Positions 54,614 to 64,000 of a DNA stretch of 64,000 bases are shown here, piece by piece. Under the pieces are notes generated by a model. That model was not told where the DNA came from, ran no database searches, and saw only the letters and a program-made list of their open reading frames with translations. The DNA lies in NCBI GenBank assembly GCA_964016885.1, contig OZ024750.1, positions 49,724,001 through 49,788,000 on the forward strand, in the 5' to 3' direction. The translations under genes and the position numbers were made by a program. Each line of letters starts with the position of its first letter. The stretch's first letter is position 1. The stretch is from Eledone cirrhosa. Taxonomy: Eukaryota.

Positions 54614-54620
<7 letters not shown>
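54255..54620 (+). mobile_element. Family A pLTR fragment with HHR (54423-54465), fused to a family-B-like piece and a small TA-centred inverted repeat
   Basis: gtca-CTGAAGA-g-gtcaca-gaatg-tgtgac-GAAA-gaac-TT-tgac; ends gtataacaa|(TA)n; 54255-54273 is inverted at 54322-54342. Confidence 0.8.
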
Positions 54621-54681
<61 letters not shown>

Positions 54682-54978
54682 GTAGATAAATCTACCAAAA
54701 TTTACGGTAGTGTCCAATCCATATGAAGAACTCAATGTAATCCAAATATCATGAAAAGGGAGGGTGTGTTTAAAAATTTTCGATGAAAATCATAGGAAAA
54801 CAGTCAAAATAAATTAATAAAAACAATGAAATAAAAGCAAAGAACATGTTCCTTATATTTTAAAAAAAATCATCATTTTAGATCTATGTAAGAATTTTAC
54901 AAATTATTAGAGGAAATATACATACCTTCACATATACATGCTGTCTTCATATATATATTTATATATATATATAACTTG

Positions 54979-55497
54979 AAACTTTATCTTATTTGCTAAA
55001 CCTTGATTATATATGTTCTCGCTCGTTAATTTATTAACCTGTCATTGAACCACATTGGCATATGTTTGGACAATACATGTGTCCCTTAGCGCCTTGTGCG
55101 TGTCGGAACACATATCCTATTATTACTGTACTCCTCTATGTTGAGAAACATTTGGTCGTTCTGACTGCTGCTAGTTATAGCAGTAGCCAACTGACCTCCC
55201 TGCCTCTGCCTCTATCTTTACACTCGGCCCTTGAAAAAATTGATTCCACTTCATTTACTCTCATCTCGGGAACAATTTTGAATACCGCCAGTTCGTAATT
55301 TGAATTCGAGAATTTTATACTCTCCGAATGAAAAGATCCTTCTGACGAGATTCTTTATTTGCAACAAAGGCCGTATGGACTCTGTTTATTTTTGAGAATC
55401 GAAACCGACTCGGTAAAGGTAACCATAGTAAGTAAAGATAATTTTTTAAAATTTATTTTTAAACTTTATCTTATTTGCTAAACCTTGATTATATATA
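54979..55497 (+). mobile_element. Retrozyme-like 482-bp unit with about 36-bp terminal direct redundancy
   Basis: aaactttatcttatttgctaaaccttgattatatat occurs at 54979 and 55461; a complete HHR lies inside; TA tracts on both sides. Confidence 0.68.
55338..55419 (+). ncRNA. Type I hammerhead ribozyme with large stem II loop
   Basis: cctt-CTGACGA-gattctt-(38 nt)-gagaatc-GAA-accg-act-cggt-A-aagg. All three stems pair; GUA cleavage triplet at 55413-55415. Confidence 0.85.
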
Positions 55498-55504
55498 TAT
55501 ATAT

Positions 55505-57115
55505 ATTGTTATACTTGGGAGGGTCATATTGTTGTAATATTATTGCCAGAATTAAAAATAGCACACACTCACTGTTTGGTTGGTTTTCGCTTCTGTATCT
55601 TTTATATCAGTTAATTTATTCGGTCCTCAGTGTTTACCATTGACTGACCAACGGTCACAAATACAGATATAATATAGACAAAAACACATATATATTGTCT
55701 AACACAGTTCTTTCGTTGCGCATCTACAACCTCGTCAGTGGTGCTATTATGTTTCCTCCTGTTGTATTATATGTCTACGCCATCTTTATTTAATCTGTTT
55801 ATTTATTTATTTATTTATTTTTGCCTTCTCTGCGCATACGTTTGCGTGTGTCTATAGGGTCTGATGTTTGTTCGCGTTTGGGTGACTGTATTTTGGTTAT
55901 TGTATTCTATCTTAGTTTACTAGTGTGTGTTTATATGTGTTTGTTGTTATTGTGCTTGTGTATATATTTATTTATTTATTTATATTTCTCTTAGGTCAGT
56001 ATTGTTTGTTTGTGTGTTGTTGTTATTCCATTCATTTTTTTCTGTTTAGCTTTGGCCTTCTAAGTTCTATTTCACTGGCCTCTCTGATTTGCCTATCTGC
56101 TGGGTCATTTCTATGTTTAGATATTATTTTAATTTCTATGTTGTCTATCTTACCGCCATGATATTGTCTGGCGTGTTCGTACAGTACTGAACCGTGTTTT
56201 TCTTCCTTTTAGTTCTCCCCAGTGTTGGTCTATCGTTTCCCCTATGCTACGAGCTGTCTCGCCTATGTATGTTGTCATGTTTCTGCAGTACCCTCTGTGC
56301 ATTGTATGCTATACACTACGTTTCTAGTGTTACAGTTTATCCGGGGGTTTACTTTACATGTAATACATTTCCTATTAGTACAGTAGGTTTTCTTAAAGGG
56401 GTATGTTTTGCTGATCAGGGATTTTATGGTGGTTCCTGGCTTTTCTACCACCTTAATCTTTAAGTGGGTCATTCTCAGGACCTTTCTACACTGGTTAGCT
56501 AATATCCCTCCAGGGGTAGCGTCCACGAACGTGACACTCTCGTGTATCTGGTAGTCGTACCATGAGGTGGCTTTCCGTATCTTATGTTTAGTCCTATCTA
56601 AGCTATTCCATGATTTGCTCCTGTATAATAGGAAAATTGATTCCATGTCCGGTTCTATGAGGGTCTTATACTTCTCCGTGGCTCCTTCGATACTATGATT
56701 ATGTTTCTTTGGTTGTAGCCAGAGAACTGCATGCGGTTGATGAAGTATTAGATGTATTTCCATTTCTGTTGGGTCGCACATGCGGGACACGTTCTTCGTC
56801 ACTCGTACCAAGTCTGCGATCCGAATAATAAACATAGAAATACTAGACATTGCTGAGTATTTGAGTATCAGGTATTTGGAGGCCATGGGTTGAGCGTAGT
56901 ATTAGTGGAGAATTTGGTCCTTCTCGTCTATAGTGTTAATCCACAGTTACATGTATAATACAGGTAGTCTATTGTTTGATATAAAAGATACAGAGGCGAA
57001 AACCTGCCAAACAGTGGGTGTGTTCTGTTATTATTTCTGGGAATATCATTAGAACAATATGACCCCCCCCCCCCAATTTCATATAAAAAACCTCGCAAAA
57101 CAAATATATAAACAG
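55505..57115 (-). mobile_element. 5'-truncated Penelope-like element (possibly Naiad-type) with C-terminal GIY-YIG, HHR remnant and inverted pLTR piece
   Basis: ORF 56886-56275 (SVTFVDATPGG..KVVEKPG..CTNRKCITC..CNTRNVVYSIQC) continues after frameshifts as YIGETARS..SVLYEH..RQIREA..LNRKNEW. HHR remnant at 55702-55742 (cleavage base mutated to G). 56977-57075 is an inverted copy of 55515-55610. Confidence 0.85.
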
Positions 57116-57119
57116 TTCT

Positions 57120-57415
57120 TTTTTCATTCGTGTCTGTATTTGTTTTGCAAGATTTCTTATCTCAAAATGTGTGTTGAAACATATATTTCCATATTTGGTT
57201 GGGTCATACCGACATTAAAATCACATGTACCTGTTTGTTTTTACTTCAATTTATTACAAATTTACATTTGGTTATTTTAATAACCGGATGTTTGTTTATT
57301 CATAGCCAAAGTCTTCGATCAGAATAATAAACTTAGAACTACTGGACATTGCTGAGTTTTTGAGTATCAGATATTTGGAGACCATTGGTTTAGCGTAGTG
57401 TGAGTGGAGAATGTA
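57120..57415 (-). mobile_element. Second, diverged and deleted copy of the same PLE family
   Basis: 57120-57300 resembles the family A pLTR; 57322-57412 is homologous to 56822-56912. Confidence 0.7.
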
Positions 57416-59767
57416 TATATATATATATTATATTTACATATTTATACATATACATATATCTTTGATGAGTGATATATCCACGGTGCCTATTTATTTAGCA
57501 AACAACCATGCGCCAACTGATCTATGGTGCACTTTGTTTCATTTGCATACATATTTCTTATTTCAAATTTCAAAATTTCTTTGAGATATGAAGATTAACA
57601 TACCTCTTGCATTAGATTAGTAGACAGACACTTTATATATTCAGCGTCTGAACAACATTCATTTGATTAAGAACACTTCACTAACCAACATGTATCAATC
57701 ACATAGCTAACTCTTGGATATCTCTCTCATTTCTAGTAATACAACACATTTTATCTCTATATTAGTATTTGCTGAGGTGTTACTATTTTGCTGCAATAGA
57801 TAGAGTTTTAGATATTGGAATAGATACGACGTAAATTACAGCAGTGTCAATGTAAAATGTATTGATAACGCCTACCAATGATATAACAAATATGCTAGTG
57901 AAGTGGTGTTATTTATAGAAAAGCTATTATTCACATGCCTATTATTTTGATGAATAGATGCCACCAGGAAGGTCAGCCTGAACCAAATTGCAATGCCCTG
58001 TTGTGTGTAGTTATGTACCAAATATTACATTTCATACACGTTCCAATATTCGCCATAATCTACTATTTCGATTGCCGTCAAGTAAAGCTACATATATTTG
58101 TTTTTGGCAAACGCAGAACACATGTTAAATGCATACCATTTTCCTAAGATATGCAATAGGCTATGAACGTGTTGTTCTTATATACAATTGCACATATTTC
58201 TGCTTTAATATTGTCAATATGTATGTACACATTAACACCAAGCTTGACAATTCTAGCAGACAATTTGTTCTGAAAAGGAATTATATAATAAAGTATCTGG
58301 CATTACGTGGAATTGTGAAAAGTATAGAACACAATGTTCTGTTGGCGAATATAAAAATATGCATGCTATTATGGTGACTTGTTATTGATTTTTTTAGTAT
58401 GAAATTTACAAGGACAAATAGAATGATCGATGGAGTATCATCATTTCCCCCTAATGCAATCGCTGTATAATGTAAAATAAATTGATTTAACTGAAACGCT
58501 GTAACGGTACATCGGGCTATGATATAAAGTAGATATAGTTCTACATTTACTACACACGTTACAATACATCCCAACAAATGTAACGAAGAATCTAAGAAAT
58601 ATGCATAATTCAACCAAGATATCAACATTAATGAAACTACAGAGCTGTATAAAATGAAATATAATTAATATACCATCCTCTACACAACATTACTAGAAAG
58701 TTAATAAATAACTGCTAAAGATCCCGTATGAATGAAACCCAACGCCGTATTTCCTCCAATCTAAACTTGAAATACAGAGTATGAATTCAAATTTGAAGAA
58801 CCTACACCACCTTCAAAAAGACATAGCCCGAAATAAAAGGTCAAATTGGTGCATTCATCCAAATAGTTTCTATGAATATATCGTTACGATTACTTTCAAC
58901 AAACATGTTAAAGTTTTTTCACTGTTCATATTTGCAACACCACCCTCTCCACCTGTACACCCTCTACCTGTGTCCACCATCATAACACTGCTTATCCTTT
59001 ATCTTTTTATTGAGAACAGCCACGGTGGGTGTTGCTGACGGCCATATTTAGAGTATTATATCACCATTTCTTTTTCCTCTAAATAAGGTTTCATTTGTGA
59101 CAAAATTCCACGGAGGTCGTTTCTAATAATAAGAGGCGCTTAAATGAGAGACACATTATAACTGAGACTAAAATGCCTAGTGTTATTTGTTGCGGATCCT
59201 CTGTGGTCTTAATTCAAATCTCCCTATGGTCAACATTTCATTTCCTCGTTCCAGGTTCGATGAAGCTATTCTCGGACAGTGAATTGGTGGAATTGTTAGC
59301 CAGTTACATGCGATACCTCGCAGTAGTTTTTCTGGTTCATTACATTCTATATTCAAATGCCAGCGAGGTTGATAGATTTAGTCTATCACCTCTTTTAAAA
59401 TATCAGCTCGATTTGGCTGCGTTTATTCCAACCTATTGTATCAGAAACTACTGAAGAGAGTATCTGGTTTGAGGGCAGCTGCCTCAATATATACCTCCCA
59501 CATCTCTCCCTTTATATACAACAGAAACCATCATCATCCCAATTGCTGTCCGTTGTGAGTTGAACGTCTGGGAAAACTATCATATAATCAGCTACTATTC
59601 AATCAATCAAATCTCCACATCAATGGTGTCGCATGCATTAACGTAACTACTGACCAGTTCAGACTTAGTTTCAACACCTAATGCCTGAAGTAGTTCAACA
59701 CTTACATACAAGCTTCTATTATGAAACATAGGTAATTGTTCACTGCTTCCTATATCATAAATACTAT

Positions 59768-60880
59768 TCTTCTTCTTCTTATTATTATTATTATTATTCT
59801 AAGAAGATCGTGAGTGGGGATTCCTCATTAATGTCTTCCACCCGGCCCTCCCAGGAACAATCACCTCCAAATATCCTGCTGGATATCCAAGCGAGACAAA
59901 GCCATGTTCATAGATGTTATCCCATCATATTGCGCGAGATGTACCTCTGGGTCTCCTGCAGGCTGGTTTTTCCCGTAAAGTCTGATTAGTGAATGCTGGA
60001 GCTTTCGCTTTACTGCATCAGTTCCTGCACTTCTTCCACTTAATTCAATTTCCTGCCTTCCATCACTCGTGACCACGGCCACGAGATACTTGAACTTTTC
60101 TACTGCTTCAGTGGAACTCCATTCACATATAAGGTGCACTGCACAGGCTTCCTTGTGAGGATGAATGCCTCAATTTTCGAAGCAATCATTTTCATTCCAG
60201 CTATCAGCAGTCGGCATCAAATCCATCATGTACAAGTTGGAGATCTCCTTCTGTCGTATTAAGTAACACCATATCATGTAAAGACTGCAGTCGACTGATT
60301 TTACACATGCTAGGCAGGATACCACTTCTCCCGGTTGTACATATCAATGCTCTTCATGAAAATAATGAACAGAAGAGGGGACAGTACGCATTATTGTCGG
60401 AGTTGATTGTTTTCCATATAGCACCACTCATCCGAACAAAAATACTGGCGAACATGAAATCCGTTCCTAGATGTCAATACCTTGAAATAGATAAGGTACT
60501 CTCTAGCTAATTATTGTGCCGGGTGGCCTCGATTTCTGGAAAAGCACATAGGCAATGGTAATCGGGAGTGATAGTCTTAATTTTCAAAAAGGGTGACATG
60601 AAAGAATGTACCAGTTACAGAGGGTCTCCTTGTTAAAACTCTCCGGGAAAATCTATGCTAAGTGTCTGTCGAATCCAGTGCAGTTTTCGCCATGGATGAA
60701 GCACAGCTGATCACATATTCATACAGCGACATGAGTATTGTCAAGGGGTATATTCTTGTTTTATAGACCCCGAAAAGGCATATTATCGCATTCCTTAGGA
60801 TCTGTCGTGGAAGGTTGTGCAGAGGTATGGGATCCATGATCAACTTCTTGTTAACCTAATGTCTCTATACGAATGCCTGA
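59768..60880 (-). mobile_element. RTE-clade LINE with inverted 5' segment
   Basis: Minus strand 60403 to 59815: LRQ*CVLSPLLFIIFM..VEKFKYLVAVVTSDG..LSRLDIQ, with an (AAT)n(AAG)n tail. Plus strand about 60404-60880: VIVLIFKKGDMKECTSYRG..GKIYAKCL..FIDPEKAY..LMSLYEC. Confidence 0.85.
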
Positions 60881-60901
60881 ATATCAAACACTCTACAAAA
60901 C

Positions 60902-61071
60902 TAATTGTTTCTACTTTTGGCACAAGGCCAGCAATTACTCCAGTTCGTTACTGGCACTTTATTTTTGTCGACAGCTTAAGGCAAAGTTAACCGCGGTGGG
61001 ATTTGAACTCAGAACTCAAAGGGCCATAATTCTCTGTTGCAAAGCAAGGTGTTTGACGCTCTACCTGCCAA
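60902..61071 (-). mobile_element. tRNA-derived SINE (family 1)
   Basis: Reverse complement of the consensus, with a small internal deletion. Confidence 0.85.
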
Positions 61072-61325
61072 TGTATTACCTCTTTAAAATCCATTCATTT
61101 TCAGACAAATTATATTGTGTCAAAGAAATACAAGTTGGAGATGTTGAATTTACGATTTTTACTCGGCGTATATGAAGTTTTGTCCTTTTACGTAAGCTTT
61201 CTTTGTAAAACCTCATATATTTTACTGTCAAATTGTATCGCTTAGCTCTATATCAGTTCTGATTGGGCGCACCAACGACAACAGCTACATTTTTCCAGCT
61301 TTTTATTACTTTGTTCGATTCTCAA

Positions 61326-61536
61326 GGTGGTCGATTGGCAGTATCGGTAGAGGGGCAAACGTTATGCTTTGCATCATAAACTTACGTCCCCTTATGATCT
61401 CAGTTCAAATCCCGCGAGGTTAACTTTGCCCTCATCCTTACGGTGTCTATAAAATAAAGTACCAGTCACGCACTGAAGTCGTTTAATCGACTTCCCTCTC
61501 CCCCAAAATTGCTGGCCTTGTGCCTTTATAAGAAAC
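61326..61536 (+). mobile_element. tRNA-derived SINE (family 1, longer 3' variant)
   Basis: tggcagtatcggtag...agttcaaatcccgc; TSD-like tttgttcgattct on both sides. Confidence 0.88.
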
Positions 61537-62001
61537 CCGTATTTTGTTCGATTCTTTTTATTGTGTAAGTTTGCATTTAGAAGATAATCTTTTCCAATAT
61601 GGCCTGCATTTACGGCCTTACGTATGATTTTATAGACTGTGGCGTCCCTTCAACTATCCCGTAGAGACGTAATTTGTTTACCCTGGAATCAATTTATTTC
61701 AAACTATACTACACTCGTTTTAAGGTCTTTGATGTGTTTCTAATATTCGGTCAAAAGTAGTTGCAAACAGATATGCATTAAAGCATGCATTCTACGTTTG
61801 GTAAGATGGAAACACGAAACCACATACTCTATTGTTTTTCAATTGCGATATAACATATATAAAATGTTAAATAATGTGTTACTCTTATTAATATTACTCA
61901 CAATTAATTTTATTGTATAGTGTGCAAGACTTAGCAGCTGTAGGCACATTGCCAGCTGCTCAGATGCTCAAGTACTTTCACATCCAAGATAAATGTAATT
62001 C

Positions 62002-62190
62002 ATAATTGTTTCTACTTTTGGCACAAGGCCAGCAATTATTCCAGTATATTACTGGTACTTTATTTTATCGACCCCGTAAGGATGAAAGGCAAAGTTAACC
62101 TCGGCGGGATTTGAACTCAGATCGTAAAGGGACGTAACTATGCTGGAAAGCATGTCCGACACACTACCGATACTGCCAACTCACCGCCCT
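62002..62190 (-). mobile_element. Full-length tRNA-derived SINE (family 1) with TSD
   Basis: Near-consensus copy; aaatgtaattcataa occurs on both sides. Confidence 0.92.
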
Positions 62191-62802
62191 TTGTAAATGT
62201 AATTCATAAATGTAATTCATAATGCTTTATGTTTATATAATAATTGTTCCAATTACATTAGACATCAACATAGGACTCTTCAACCTTGCAGGCATTTCGT
62301 TTGTTGTTAGACATTTTGTTTGGGCAGAAGTAACATAAATTGTACTCTTTCTATTATAAAGGGTGACTCAAGACAAATTGGTCTCTTCTAAATCTCTGCC
62401 TACATTATGTATTTCTTGACAAAAAGTGATGAAATTCCGACTGGATTTAGATCAAACCATTAAAAACACCGTATCAAAAATGGACTATCTTTTGTTTTAT
62501 GTGTGTCTAGAGTTACAGTACATGTTCCGAGGGTACACATTTGAATCCGTTCATTTTGGAGAGCGCGGTAGTGGTTGTGGTTGTGTTGGTGGAAGTGATG
62601 GGAACAGACGCAACACTAAATTGTGAGTGGAGAAAAGGAAACAAAAAGGAAAAGGAAATAATCAGAGATAGTATTACGTTATAAATAGTAATTGGTCTCT
62701 ATATTTTGGATGTACCATCCATTGTCTACTGGATAGTGGATCTGATGGAAACTGCGAATGTCGGAGAGGGCGTTTCAGTGCCTCCTGGTGACTGCGAATG
62801 AG

Positions 62803-62836
<34 letters not shown>

Positions 62837-62877
62837 GCACACACACACACACACACTCACACACACCTATATATGTA

Positions 62878-62933
<56 letters not shown>

Positions 62934-62949
62934 GCGTCGGGATATGTGC

Positions 62950-63118
62950 TTTGTGGCATAGAGTTACTGCCATTTACGTTCTGAGTTCGTATCCTGCCCT
63001 GATTAGCTTTGCCTTTAATCCTGATGGGGTCGCTAAAATAAAGCACCAGTCATGAACATGGGTCGATTTAATCGATTTTTCCCTCTCCCAAAAGTGTTGC
63101 TATAGTAGAAAACATTAT
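62950..63118 (+). mobile_element. Diverged SINE (family 1)
   Basis: gagttcgtatcc...ctttaatcctgatggggtcgctaaaataaagcaccag...gtagaaaacattat. Confidence 0.75.
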
Positions 63119-64000
63119 TATGTTTAATAATTATGATACCATGGAATTTCTCCCAAATTCGTCTGCCGTGAATTTTAAATTGTGTTATTGTATTATATTT
63201 TTGTTGTGAAGAATACACAAACGGTGTCCTTATTGAGTGTGTCACGCACACCGTCTCCAACGTGATTCACTCAAATCTGTCTCACTACCCCGTTAGGATA
63301 GCGTAACCGACAAGACAGACATTTTAAAAACGTACATTAGCACGATAAACTCGGACCTTGATATCATAGCCGGTCCTCACATATTATGTTCATTGTCGGA
63401 ATAGGGATTCGTTGACTACGATTGTGTCCGATGTATTTTATCGGCGTGTATATGGCTCGTGACGCCTGTATGCCCTCAATACAGCCGGCTCGTCCCATTA
63501 TTGTGGAACCCTAACACAAGTAAAAATTGTTGTGCTAATTGATCCTGTGAGGAGACACTATGTCTTCTGAGTATGTTATAATAACTGCTTTATATCTATA
63601 TGAGCATTCCTTATCCGCATTCATGTTTAAGCATACATTATCATTTTAAAGCATACTCATACGAACGTAACTTGCTGACGAGACTAAATATTTACTAAAC
63701 ATATGTTGAATGATTATGTGGAGATTAAAGTTATTCTGTATTCGTTTTTATATGTTTATTTTTTATGTCGACTTTCTTTATATCGTGATGTCAATTAATA
63801 TAATGTACAGAAAACAGAAAATAACAAAAGCATAATAGCAAACTATGCTGGGAGGAGAAATGGTAACACACAGAGTAAGTTTGAATATATATAGATAGTA
63901 AAATAACAAAATGATCCACATATTAGGAAACATGCCAACAAGATGGTAGCTAATGTATATTAGTTCATATTATAATTGACGTTGGTACTCTGCAGCCACA

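Noticed and set aside
57935-58628. Hydrophobic ORFs suggesting a membrane protein
   Set aside because: Overlapping short frames with no family motifs or convincing splice sites; AT-rich DNA naturally yields I/L/F/Y-rich translations.

Overview
AT-rich, microsatellite-dense animal DNA. The (TA)n/(CT)n/(CA)n load and the SINE families suggest a cephalopod such as Octopus (inference). No intact multi-exon host gene is visible, only one plausible orphan exon (11254-11460, minus strand); most ORF-track entries are microsatellite artefacts. The window is a graveyard of degenerate retroelements: two R4/Dong-like RLE LINEs, a Tx1/L1-like LINE, several RTE-like pieces, at least five Penelope-like element (PLE) remnants, more than a dozen tRNA-derived SINE copies, two non-autonomous Helitrons and a mariner relic. 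The most interesting signal is an apparent PLE/hammerhead system centred on (TA)n tracts, with about ten type I hammerhead ribozyme (HHR) loci. Two HHRs have complete cores and sit in non-coding 468-bp and 482-bp units with terminal direct redundancy, which look like retrozyme/circRNA copies. The rest lie in PLE pseudo-LTR fragments and in many fold-back inverted duplications bounded by (TA)n. All coordinates were read by eye and are approximate to a few bases.
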